The position numbers and the translations under genes are program-made. Under the pieces are notes generated by a model that saw nothing but the letters and a program-made list of their open reading frames with translations, had not been told where the DNA came from and made no database searches. From Burkholderiales bacterium (lineage in GTDB: Bacteria; Pseudomonadota; Gammaproteobacteria; Burkholderiales; JAEUOS01), in NCBI GenBank assembly GCA_947473125.1, contig CANJDH010000013.1:1146-65145 (forward strand): a stretch of 64,000 nucleotides of DNA, in the 5' to 3' direction. Below are positions 24,066-32,999 of this stretch, piece by piece (within the stretch, counting starts at the first letter, position 1; each line of letters begins with the position of its first letter).

Positions 24066-26945
24066 ATGGTTCTCCCCAAAAATTTTGGCAAGTACGATGT
24101 GGTCGGAGTCCTTGGCGCGGGAGCAATGGGAACGGTCTACGATTGCGTCGACCCGGTCATCGGACGCCGGGTCGCGATCAAGACCATTCTGAAGCACTCG
24201 CTGGACGCGTCCGAGGCGAAAGAGTTGCTCGACCGCTTCAAGCAGGAGGCGCAGGCTGCTGGCCGCCTCAATCATCCGGGCGTGTGCGCCATTTACGACT
24301 ATGGCGAGACCGATTACGTCGCGTACATCGCGATGGAGTACATCAGCGGCAAGGAGCTCAAGAAGTACTTCGATGAGGGCGATAAATTCGACCTCAAGGA
24401 GATCGTTCGCGTCATGACCGAGATCCTGGACGCACTTGATCATGCCCACCGCAACAAGGTGGTGCATCGCGACATCAAGCCGGCCAACATCATGATTACC
24501 GAGGACGGACGCGTCAAGGTGGCTGACTTTGGCGTGGCCAAGATCGAGTCCTCCATGCTGACCCAGGTCGGCACCAAAGTGGGTACCCCAGCCTACATGT
24601 CGCCGGAACAGCACAAGGGACTGGTGGTTGACGGCCGCTCTGACTTGTTTTCCTGCGGCGTGATCCTGTACCAATTTCTGACCGGAGCGCGACCGTTTGC
24701 CGGGGGGAGCAGCACCGTCGCGCAGGAAATCCTGACCCGCACCCCGACTCCACCGTCGGAGATCAACCCATCTTTGACTCCCGTGTGGGACTCGATCGCC
24801 AAAAAGGCGCTGGCCAAGCGCCGCGACGAACGCTATCTGACGGCACGTGATTTTATCGATGCGCTGGCGCAAGGCCTGGCGGATGCACCGAGTGCGGTTG
24901 GCGTGCCTTACCAAACCGCTACCAGTGCGGCGTCCGATACCTTGAATACCGCTGCGCGCGGCGGGGCAACCGGCAATACCGACAAGGCCGAGCGCACCAA
25001 TCTGGCGATGGAGTCGGAATTGGAGTTCTGGAAGGAAATCAAGGACAGCGACATCGAGGAAGATTTCGCGGCTTTTGTCGAGTCCTTTCCGGATGGCCGG
25101 TTCGCGCATATCGCAAAGCGTAGGCTGGACAAATTAAGGACGGCCAGCGCCCGCTCTCAATCGGATCAGGAGGCGCAGCGCCCGGCACTGGCGGAGATGG
25201 CTCCGACGCCGGTCGCGCCCGCTCAAGCGCCCGGCGAGGCCGACCAGGACCAGACGCTCGTGTCGAGCCATTCCCATCCGGTGGTTGGCGCTGCGAGCCA
25301 GCGAAAGCCGATGGACGTCGAAGCGCGCGCCCCTGCGACGGCGCGCCCCGCGCCTGACACGGATGCCGATGCCACCCTGGTCCAATCGAAATTTGCAGAA
25401 GCCAAGGTCGAAGCGGATGCCGATGCCACCTTGGTGCAACAGCTGGGCGGTACCGGGGCAGGCGCATCAGACGCCGTCGCCGCGCCAGACGCAGGCGATG
25501 CGGACGCAATCGATTTCGATTTGTCCGAGGGCGTATCGGCGGCGCCGGCAGTCGCAGCGCCAACATCGCCATCTGTAGCAGCGCCGGCAACGCCGACAAG
25601 CAGCAGCACCCCGCCTGCAGCGCCTGCCGCGCTGCCTGCCACGCTGCCCGCGACGGTGACCGCAAAGGCCGCCAGTCCGAGTCCTCCGTCTGATTCAGCA
25701 ATCACACCACCGTCGACTCAGGCGACGCCTCAAGCTGCTGCCGACATTGCGCCTGCATCGCCGACCGCGTCGCCATCGATGGTGTCGTCTGTGGCACCGC
25801 GCGTCAGCATGCCCGCGGCGCCTTCGGCGGCAGCCGTCGCGCCGGCTGCCGCGAAAACGGTCACCGCGCCGCCGCAGCCGGTTGGCGGACCGTCGCCGGC
25901 AATCGCGCCGGCAACGACTCCGACAACTTCTCCCGCAACGTCTCCCGCAACAACTGCACCGACAACCGCAACCGCTCCTGCAAAGGCCGAGAGTCCATTG
26001 GCTGTGTCGGCTGCGCCGCCAGTCGTGCCAAAGCTGCAACCGGTCCCGACGGAAGAGCCGCAGCCCGTGCGTCAACCCACGAAGAGTGCGGTTCCGATGA
26101 TGGCGGGCGTAGCGGTGGCACTGGTGGCTGCAGGCATCGGCTGGTTCATGCTTGGTTCAAACACCGCTCCGTCATCCAAATCGCCTGAAACAGCCTCGCG
26201 CGAAGCCAATTCGGGCCAATCGCAGGCAAGAGCGGAACGAAGCCTGCCCAGCCCTGCCACTGAAAAATCAGTTCCCGGGCCGTCGAAGGGAGCCGACACC
26301 AACGCTACCCCAGAGACCAAAAAGGCGAATGACGCTGCCGAGCAGAAAAAGGCTGAACAGGGTGCGCTGAAGCTCGCTGAGGAAAAAGCCGCAGCCAAAT
26401 TGGCAGCCGACAGGGCGGCCTCGGACAAGGCTGGCGCAGCGAAATTGGCGACGGACAAGGCCGCCGCGGACAAACTCGCCGCGGAGAAGGCGGCCTCGGA
26501 CAAGCGCGCCGCCGAGCGGGCGGCTACAGACACGCTGGCTGCCGATAAGGTTGCAGCAGACAAGCTGGCTGCTGATAAGGCGGCTGCCGACAAGCTGGCT
26601 GCTGATAAGGCTGCAGCAGACAAGCTTGCGGCTGAAAAGGCGGCTGCAGACAAACTGGCATCAGAAAAGGCAGCGGCGGCTACAGTTGCTTCAGCCGGCT
26701 CGATCGCAGACCGCATCGCGGCCGCTTCGGCCCCTGCGGAACTTTACAAGCGCGCCGTGGCATTGCGCAGCGAAGGCAAGGCAAGTCAGGCAGTGGCTTT
26801 GCTCAGGCAGGCATCGTCGCAAGGGCATGGCCCCTCTTCACGGCTTCTTGCGATCATTTTCACCGACGGATCAGGGGATGTCAGACCCAATTTCCGCGAA
26901 GTGGAAAGATACAAAGCCCTGGCCGAAAAGCAGGGCGAACGCTGA
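24066..26945 (+). CDS. membrane-anchored Hanks-type Ser/Thr kinase with low-complexity linker, TolA-like Ala/Lys/Asp repeat stalk and C-terminal Sel1-like repeat
   Basis: GAGAMGTV, VAIKTI, HRDIKPANIM, DFGVAK, GTPAYMSPE motifs (aa 10-270). P/A/T/S-rich region aa 360-670. TM AVPMMAGVAVALVAAGIGWFMLG (aa 675-697). AADKLAADKA repeats aa 757-872. C-terminal ELYKRAVALRSEGKASQAVALLRQASSQGH. Confidence 0.9.
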   Translation: MVLPKNFGKYDVVGVLGAGAMGTVYDCVDPVIGRRVAIKTILKHSLDASEAKELLDRFKQEAQAAGRLNHPGVCAIYDYGETDYVAYIAMEYISGKELKKYFDEGDKFDLKEIVRVMTEILDALDHAHRNKVVHRDIKPANIMITEDGRVKVADFGVAKIESSMLTQVGTKVGTPAYMSPEQHKGLVVDGRSDLFSCGVILYQFLTGARPFAGGSSTVAQEILTRTPTPPSEINPSLTPVWDSIAKKALAKRRDERYLTARDFIDALAQGLADAPSAVGVPYQTATSAASDTLNTAARGGATGNTDKAERTNLAMESELEFWKEIKDSDIEEDFAAFVESFPDGRFAHIAKRRLDKLRTASARSQSDQEAQRPALAEMAPTPVAPAQAPGEADQDQTLVSSHSHPVVGAASQRKPMDVEARAPATARPAPDTDADATLVQSKFAEAKVEADADATLVQQLGGTGAGASDAVAAPDAGDADAIDFDLSEGVSAAPAVAAPTSPSVAAPATPTSSSTPPAAPAALPATLPATVTAKAASPSPPSDSAITPPSTQATPQAAADIAPASPTASPSMVSSVAPRVSMPAAPSAAAVAPAAAKTVTAPPQPVGGPSPAIAPATTPTTSPATSPATTAPTTATAPAKAESPLAVSAAPPVVPKLQPVPTEEPQPVRQPTKSAVPMMAGVAVALVAAGIGWFMLGSNTAPSSKSPETASREANSGQSQARAERSLPSPATEKSVPGPSKGADTNATPETKKANDAAEQKKAEQGALKLAEEKAAAKLAADRAASDKAGAAKLATDKAAADKLAAEKAASDKRAAERAATDTLAADKVAADKLAADKAAADKLAADKAAADKLAAEKAAADKLASEKAAAATVASAGSIADRIAAASAPAELYKRAVALRSEGKASQAVALLRQASSQGHGPSSRLLAIIFTDGSGDVRPNFREVERYKALAEKQGER
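26334..26681 (+). repeat. in-frame 15/30-nt periodic tandem repeat encoding (A-A-D-K-L-A-A-[DE]-K-A)n
   Basis: Includes two identical 23-mers gacaagctggctgctgataaggc at 26559 and 26589 (period 30). Lies inside the kinase gene. Confidence 0.85.
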
Positions 26946-26979
26946 ATCGAGCGCCGCGACCGCATTTCAGAAGCATTGC

Positions 26980-27311
26980 ATGGCCATCTATGAACTGCGA
27001 ACCTCTGCGGTTGTCGTCGGCAAAATGGCCAACGTGGTCGAGCCGACGTGATCGAACTCTACAAGTCGGCCGGCTGGCCGATATCGGCCAACCATCCGAA
27101 AAAGCTGGTGGGCTATTCCACCGACGACATCGGTGCCCTGAACCAGCCGGTGGACCTGTGGAAGTTTGATGGTGACGCCGACCGGCGCGCCTTCTGGGCC
27201 GGCGTGTCTGCCGACCCGGACTTCATGGCGTTCGCGCGTCAGTTGCGGCCGATGCGGCTCTCCCAGGACAACCAGCTGATGCTGGCGGCGCCCTGGGGGC
27301 CGCAGCCCTGA
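26980..27311 (+). pseudogene. NIPSNAP-family gene disrupted by a frameshift (paralogue of 29549..29866)
   Basis: Frame 1 reads MAIYELRTSAVVVGKMANVVEPT*. Frame 2 resumes at 27048 with IELYKSAGWP...AAPWGPQP. The shift coincides with an imperfect 14-nt tandem duplication (27029-27042 ccaacgtggtcgag / 27043-27056 ccgacgtgatcgaa). Deleting the first 14-mer restores ...GKMADVIELYKSAGW (deleting the second gives ...GKMANVVELYKSAGW), versus GKMADVVEIYKSAGW in the intact copy. Confidence 0.75.
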
Positions 27312-27679
27312 TCTCGCCGGATCGAGCCTCGTGCCGAAGATGATTGCTACAAGCGGCGCTCCAGGGTATTACCTCGGAGAACGGCTCCTGTAGCGGATCT
27401 TGGGCGGATGGTTGCTTCAGGACGGTGCGCGCAACGGGTAGCCCTGGTAGTTCGCGCCTTGGGTACGCCGTGCTCCGGTTTGCGTCACGCCAACAGAACA
27501 ATATTGAGCCTGCCATTCTTTCGGTGCGGCCTGCACTGGGCCGGGGTGCCGCACGGCCGGGCGTGCGGCATGTTTCGCGCCATTTGGAATCCGGATCGCG
27601 TTCAGCACACGTATAAGCACTCGGTTGGCACCAAGCGCGCCTGCCCAAACACCTCGATAGCCACATTTTTGGAGCTCCG

Positions 27680-28690
27680 ATGAAGAATGCCTCCCCTGCA
27701 AGACTCGCCGCATCCACATTGGCAGTTGCCGCCGTACTGAGCAGCCTGCCCGCCGCCGCCCAGGTTGATCCCAACCGGGTGATTGATCAGTTCGAGGCCA
27801 CCTTCGGCAAATTCGAGGGCTTTCGCCGGTCCGGCGCCAAGGGCGTGTGCGCCACCGGCGAGTTCGTCGGCAGCGCAGAGGGGCGCGCGCTGTCGGTGGC
27901 GTCCGCCTTTGCCGGCAAGCCAGTGCCGGTGCTGGCGCGGTTCTCGGTAGGGGGCGCCAATCCGAACGCACCGGACAACGCCCGCAGCCAGCGCAACATG
28001 GCGCTGCAGTTCAATTTGACGGCCGGCGAGACCTGGCAAATGGGCAATATTTCGGCCCCGGTGTTCGGTGCGGCTACGCCCGAGCAGTTTCTGGGACGCC
28101 TGCAGTCGCTGCAACCTGACCCGGCCACCAAGGCCGCCGACCCGGCCAAGGTGAAGGCCTTTGCCGATGCCAACCCCGAGGTGCTGCTGCAAGGCCGCTA
28201 CTTCGCAGGCCAGGCGGTGCCGGCCAGTTTCGGCGCGGTGAACTACTGGGGGGTGAACGCCTTCGGCTTTGTCAACGCCAAAGGCGAAAAGCAGTTCGGC
28301 AAGTGGATCTTCGAGCCGGTAGGGGGTGTGCAGACCCTGACCGATGACGAGGCCAAGGCGCAGGGCGCGTCTTTCCTGTTCGCCGATTTGCGCCAGCGCG
28401 CCGCAGCGGGCTCGGTGGCGTTCGATTTCAACCTGGAACTGGCGCAGCCGGGCGACAAGATCGATAGCGCGGTCACGCCGCTACCCGCCGGCCGCAAGAA
28501 AGTGACGCTCGGCCGCCTGGTTATCAAGTCGGTATCGCCGGATGCGACCGGCGAGTGCGTGGCCATTACTTACATCCCGACGGTCCTGCCCAAGGGGGTC
28601 GAGCCTTCGGCCGACCCGATGCTGGCGGCACGCGCAGCGCCCTATGCCGTGGGACTGGGCCGCAGGCTTACTGAGGGGACCAAGCAGTAG
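27680..28690 (+). CDS. secreted catalase-related haem protein (srpA-like catalase-family peroxidase)
   Basis: Signal peptide ...LPAAAQ. Catalase core pattern FRRSGAKGVCATGEF...ARFSVGGANP...RNMALQF...GNISAPVF. Proximal-Tyr region ARAAPYAVGLGRR. Confidence 0.8.
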   Translation: MKNASPARLAASTLAVAAVLSSLPAAAQVDPNRVIDQFEATFGKFEGFRRSGAKGVCATGEFVGSAEGRALSVASAFAGKPVPVLARFSVGGANPNAPDNARSQRNMALQFNLTAGETWQMGNISAPVFGAATPEQFLGRLQSLQPDPATKAADPAKVKAFADANPEVLLQGRYFAGQAVPASFGAVNYWGVNAFGFVNAKGEKQFGKWIFEPVGGVQTLTDDEAKAQGASFLFADLRQRAAAGSVAFDFNLELAQPGDKIDSAVTPLPAGRKKVTLGRLVIKSVSPDATGECVAITYIPTVLPKGVEPSADPMLAARAAPYAVGLGRRLTEGTKQ

Positions 28691-28972
28691 CCGGCAACAT
28701 CAAGCTGCAACACTAACCGGCAACAAACGGCGCTAACCAGCACCCCCGAACAGGGGGCGCAGCGCGGCTGCAGCGCCGAGCGGCGCTGGCGACGCCACGA
28801 TCACAGCGATTGTGGCGTTTGTTTTTGCAGCAGACCTCCGCGTCGATGTCTGCGAGCACGATTGTCGTCGCATCGTCTCGATTGGCGCATTGCCGTCCCC
28901 GATGGGCTTCGCACGGGCGGGCTTCTTACCAGCGCATGCCGGACGGTAGCAGTGGCGATAAACTTCATCATC

Positions 28973-29350
28973 ATGAAAACGGAACACTTCCCCTATCGGC
29001 TCGACAGGCGCTGGAACGCGCTGTTTCTGACCTTGGGCGTGCGCGCCGCCGACGGCGTCACCGTATCCGCCAAGGGTGAACTGGTCGCCACCTACGGGCG
29101 CTTCAAAGTTGCCACCACGCTCGACAACATCGACCACACCGTGATTACCGGCCCACACCGCTGGTACACCGCGGTCGGGTTGCGTCTCAGTCTGGCCGAT
29201 GACGGCATCACTTTCGGTACCAACCATCACAAGGGCTTGAGCATCGCGTTTGTGAAGAAGGTGCCGCGCGTGATCGGGTTCAGGAAGCACTCGACGCTAT
29301 GGGTGAGCGTGGCCGACCCGCAAGGCCTCGCCAAAGCGATCGGCAAGTAG
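28973..29350 (+). CDS. hypothetical protein (family not recognised)
   Basis: Track ORF trimmed to MKTEHFPYRLDRRW. Coding-like composition; 125 aa. Confidence 0.5.
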   Translation: MKTEHFPYRLDRRWNALFLTLGVRAADGVTVSAKGELVATYGRFKVATTLDNIDHTVITGPHRWYTAVGLRLSLADDGITFGTNHHKGLSIAFVKKVPRVIGFRKHSTLWVSVADPQGLAKAIGK

Positions 29351-29548
29351 CCCGCGCCAGCCAATCGGAGACCGGCGTTCAGCCAGTATGGCCTGATGGA
29401 GCGCACCCAGCGAGGCGCTGGTGGTCATGCGGATGAAGCGTTGTTGAAGCTTGCGCTTTGCGTGCACCCGCACGCAGCCGCAGCTTGGGAGACAATTTGC
29501 CGATCGGGCAGGTCTTGCCCTCAATCTTGCTTTTGCCGGGAGTCGTGC

Positions 29549-29866
29549 ATGGCCATCTATGAATTGCGTACCTATGCTGTTGCCGTCGGCAAAATGGCCG
29601 ACGTGGTGGAGATCTACAAATCGGCGGGCTGGCCGGCCTTGGCCAAGCACCCGAACAAGCTGGTGGGCTATTTCACCGGAGACATTGGCGCGCTCAATCA
29701 GCTGATCCATCTGTGGAAGTTCGATGACGATGCCGACCGGCGCGCTTTCTGGGCCGGCATTTACGCCGACCCGGACTTCATGGCATTTGTGGGCAAGCTG
29801 CGGCCGATGCTGACCCTGCAGGAAAACAAGCTGATGATGGCCGCGCCGTGGGGGCCGCATCCTTGA
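29549..29866 (+). CDS. NIPSNAP family protein
   Basis: Track ORF trimmed to MAIYELRTYAVAVGKMADVVEIYKSAGW...LWKFDDDADRRAFW...DPDFMAF; about 105 aa, typical family length. Confidence 0.8.
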   Translation: MAIYELRTYAVAVGKMADVVEIYKSAGWPALAKHPNKLVGYFTGDIGALNQLIHLWKFDDDADRRAFWAGIYADPDFMAFVGKLRPMLTLQENKLMMAAPWGPHP

Positions 29867-29920
29867 TGCCAACCCGTGCAGGCTATGATGGCTGCGCGCC
29901 ATAAAAAACAGGAGGCAGGC

Positions 29921-30916
29921 ATGGGGGACAGGGATCAGCCGATACAGCAGCGCAAGAGGGCGACGCTGGCAGCGCTGGGCGCAGCCGGCGCGCTGGCGGT
30001 GCTTCCCGCACTGGCGCAGGCGCAGGCTTACCCCGCGAAATCGGTGCGGCTCATGGTGCCGTATCCCGCCGCCGGTGGCACCGACATTCTGGCGCGACTA
30101 TTTGCGCAAAAGCTCACCGAGGCCTGGGGCCAGTCGGTAGTGGTGGAAAACCGGCCGGGCGCCGACGGCGTGATCGGCTCTGAAGTCGTGATGGCCTCGC
30201 CGCCCGACGGGCACACACTGATGCTGGTGGTGGCGGCGCACGTGATCAACCCGTTCGTCAAGGCCCGCATGCCGTTTGATGTACTCAAGGATTTCACGCC
30301 GGTCACCCTGGTGTCGGCCTCGCCCTGGGTGGTGGTGCTCAACCCGGCGGTGCCGGCCAACAACATTCGCGAGCTGATCGCGCTGGCCAAGGCGCAGCCG
30401 GGCAAGCTCACCTTCGGCAGCTCGGAGCCGTCGTCGCGCCTTGCCGGCGAACAGTTCAAGGTGCAGGCCGGCGTGGACCTGCTGCACATACCTTACAAAG
30501 GCGGCTCGCAGATCATGGCGGACCTGCTCGGTGGCCACATCCAGGTCGGCTTTACCAGCGTGCTCACGGTGTTGCAGCACTACAAGAGCGGCAAGCTGCG
30601 CGTGCTTGGTGTGGGGGGCAGGAGCCGTTCACCGTCGATGCCCGACGTGCCGACGGTGGTCGAGGGCGGTCTGCCGGGTTACGAAACCTCTGCCTGGTAC
30701 GGCATGTACGCGCCGCCCGGCGCGCCGGCCGAAATCACCCACAAGATCCAGCGCGACATTGCGCGCATTGCAAACCTGCTCGAGGTGCGCGAGCGCCTCA
30801 CGCAACTGGGCGCCGAGCCGGTGGCCAACACACCTGAAGAATTTTCCGCCTTCGCGCGCGCCGAGTACAACAAGTACGACAAGCTGGTCAAGCAGGCGGG
30901 TATGAAGGCCGAATAG
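29921..30916 (+). CDS. Bug-family (TctC-like) tripartite tricarboxylate transporter substrate-binding protein
   Basis: AGGAGG 7 nt upstream of the ATG. Signal peptide then AYPAKSVRLMVPYPAGGGTD...ENRPGADG...IPYKGGSQ Bug signature. Confidence 0.9.
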   Translation: MGDRDQPIQQRKRATLAALGAAGALAVLPALAQAQAYPAKSVRLMVPYPAAGGTDILARLFAQKLTEAWGQSVVVENRPGADGVIGSEVVMASPPDGHTLMLVVAAHVINPFVKARMPFDVLKDFTPVTLVSASPWVVVLNPAVPANNIRELIALAKAQPGKLTFGSSEPSSRLAGEQFKVQAGVDLLHIPYKGGSQIMADLLGGHIQVGFTSVLTVLQHYKSGKLRVLGVGGRSRSPSMPDVPTVVEGGLPGYETSAWYGMYAPPGAPAEITHKIQRDIARIANLLEVRERLTQLGAEPVANTPEEFSAFARAEYNKYDKLVKQAGMKAE

Positions 30917-31110
30917 GCGATGCAGAACGCGAGCGCCGTGCCACGGTACCGGACGCCGGCTTTGCCCGATTTTCACCAGGCAGTCATGGAGAAGCGCATT
31001 GGGCGGTCTTCTCCACCATGTGTGGCCTGAGAGGCGCTCCCACCAATGGTTTTGGAGACGTGCCAAACAGTGGCACAATGAAAACATAACAATACTCAGG
31101 AGACAACAGC

Positions 31111-32103
31111 ATGAGATTGCGTTCGCCTCTTTCCGGATTGATCCGCGCGCTGCTCGGTGCGGCGCTTTGCACGCTGGCGCTGTGCGCAGCGGCGCAACAA
31201 CCCGCCTTTCCGTCCAAGCCGATCAAGCTGGTGGTGACGGTCAACCCCGGCAACACCGGCGACACGCGAGCCCGGCAGATTGCAGAAAAGCTCGGGCCGC
31301 TGTTGGGCGGCCAGGTGATTGTCGAAAACCGCCCCGGCGCCAGCGGCAACATTGCCGCTGAGTTTGTGGCGCGGGCGCCGGCCGACGGTTACACTATTCT
31401 GATGGGTCATGTATTCAACATGACCTGGAACCCGCATTTGCTCAAAATGAATTTTGATCCGGTCAAGACCCTGACCGGCATCACCATGATTTCGGCCGGC
31501 CCGCCGCTGCTGGTGGCACATCCGAGCATGCCGTTCAACACCGTGGGCGAAATGATTGCCTATGCCAAGGCCAACCCCGGCAAACTCAACATGGGCGGCA
31601 CCACCGGCGGCGTGGCCCATGTGGTGACCGAGATGATGAAGCAGAGCACCGGCGCCAACATCGTCTTCGTGCCTTACAAGGCGGCCGGTGGTCAGATCAC
31701 CACCGACCTGGTGGGCAACGTGATCCAGGTGTATTTCGACTGGACCGTGACCCTGCAGCAGCTCATCAACACCGGGCGCGTCAAGGCGCTTGGCGTGGCC
31801 AGCGACAAGCGCCTGGCGGCGGTGCCGAACATTCCCACCTTTGCCGAAAGCGGCTATCCCGGCGGGCTCGACGTGCCCTCCTGGCAAGGGCTGTATGCGC
31901 CCGCCGGAACGCCCAAGGAGATCCTCGCGCGCATTGCCATCGAGACGGCCAAGGTGCTCAACACGCCCGACATAAAAAATGCCATCGAATCCACCGGTGG
32001 CGTGATCGGTGGCACGACCCCGGAGCAGTTCAGCGCCCTGACGCTGAGCGAGTACGAGCGCTGGGGCAAGGTGATTCGCGAAGCGGGCATACGGCTCGAC
32101 TGA
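31111..32103 (+). CDS. Bug-family (TctC-like) substrate-binding protein
   Basis: Signal peptide, FPSKPIKLVV...ENRPGASGNIAAE...VPYKAAGG signature. Confidence 0.9.
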   Translation: MRLRSPLSGLIRALLGAALCTLALCAAAQQPAFPSKPIKLVVTVNPGNTGDTRARQIAEKLGPLLGGQVIVENRPGASGNIAAEFVARAPADGYTILMGHVFNMTWNPHLLKMNFDPVKTLTGITMISAGPPLLVAHPSMPFNTVGEMIAYAKANPGKLNMGGTTGGVAHVVTEMMKQSTGANIVFVPYKAAGGQITTDLVGNVIQVYFDWTVTLQQLINTGRVKALGVASDKRLAAVPNIPTFAESGYPGGLDVPSWQGLYAPAGTPKEILARIAIETAKVLNTPDIKNAIESTGGVIGGTTPEQFSALTLSEYERWGKVIREAGIRLD

Positions 32104-32154
32104 CGGCACGGTCTTTATGAAGCGCCGCGCCTGACAACAGCGTGTGCGTGCGCG

Positions 32155-32997
32155 TCAGAGGGGATGTGGCTGCGACAGGCGCTCGCCTTCGATGGCACGC
32201 ACCTCTGCGCGCAGCAAGCCGACCACCGCTTCAAGGCGCGCCTTGGGCAGTGTTTGCGCCGGGCCGGCAACGCTGATGGATGCGAAGGCCCGCCCGTCGG
32301 CGCCAAACAACGGCACGCCGAGGGCGTGGATGCCAGGCACCACGTCGGCGAGGTTGATGCCATGGCCGTGGCGCCGTGAGCGGCGCAGCATCTTCTGCAC
32401 CGCCGCAAGGCGCGCCGCGCCGAACGATTCGATCTGCCTGAAGTTGGCCGCCAGCACCTGTTTTTGTTCGGCGCTCGGCAGCGCCAGCAGGATCGCGGTG
32501 CCGCCGGCGGAGACGACCATCGGGCGGCGCGTACCGACCTCGACAGACAGGCCTTTGAGGGTGTTGGGGCCGACGCGGGCCGCGCACACGAATTCGTCGC
32601 CACTGCGCAGGTAAAGAAACGCCACGCCAGGCGCATTGCGTTGCAATCGCGCGAGTGCCGGCAAGCACGCCGCGCGAAATGCGCTCAGGTCCGGTACGCC
32701 CAGACCCAGCTCAAACAGCAGCGGGCCGGGCACGTAATGCTTGTCGCTGCCACGTTGCTGCACCATGCGCTGCTGCACCAGGCCGGCAAGCATGCGGTGC
32801 GCGCTGCCCTTGTCGTAACCGCAATGTGCTGCCAGGTCGGTCAGACGCCAGCCCTGCTGCGGCCGCGTGGCGACTGCCTTGATCAGGGTGACGGCGCGGG
32901 CAATCGTCTGGGTGCCGCGCACGGAGGGGGTCGGTATCAGAACGAGCCTCGAAGGAGAGAAATGACGCTGTGCAGCATGTTTTACATTGTAAAACAT
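32155..32997 (-). CDS. IclR family transcriptional regulator
   Basis: wHTH segment TIARAVTLIKAVATRPQQGWRLTDLAAHCGYDKGSAHRMLAGLV plus an IclR effector domain. Start uncertain: ATG 32997 (MFYNVKH), track maximum 33018, or GTG 32922. Confidence 0.85.
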   Translation of the reverse strand: MFYNVKHAAQRHFSPSRLVLIPTPSVRGTQTIARAVTLIKAVATRPQQGWRLTDLAAHCGYDKGSAHRMLAGLVQQRMVQQRGSDKHYVPGPLLFELGLGVPDLSAFRAACLPALARLQRNAPGVAFLYLRSGDEFVCAARVGPNTLKGLSVEVGTRRPMVVSAGGTAILLALPSAEQKQVLAANFRQIESFGAARLAAVQKMLRRSRRHGHGINLADVVPGIHALGVPLFGADGRAFASISVAGPAQTLPKARLEAVVGLLRAEVRAIEGERLSQPHPL

Positions 32998-32999
32998 GC
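32975..32999. promoter_or_regulatory. perfect 11-bp inverted repeat (gcatgttttac-att-gtaaaacatgc), candidate IclR operator
   Basis: Read directly. Lies in or at the edge of the divergent IclR / CoA-transferase control region. An extra half-site-like tgttttaca sits at 33042-33050. Confidence 0.4.

Noticed and set aside
26334-26681. Possible CRISPR-like or non-coding tandem array.
   Set aside because: The period is 15/30 nt with no unique spacers. It is fully in frame inside the kinase ORF and translates to a regular AADKLA helix repeat. It is a coding repeat, not a CRISPR array.
28733-28873. Small minus-strand ORF (MRRQSCSQTSTRRSAAKTNATIAVIVASPAPLGAAAALRPLFGGAG) between the catalase-related and hypothetical genes.
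   Set aside because: There is no ribosome-binding site and no recognisable family. It is the tail of a long shadow ORF (28733..29290) overlapping a better plus-strand gene. Evidence is insufficient.
26980-29866. Direct repeats flanking a cassette as a possible transposon or IS element.
   Set aside because: The repeats are diverged NIPSNAP coding sequences, not terminal inverted repeats. There is no transposase, integrase or target-site duplication.
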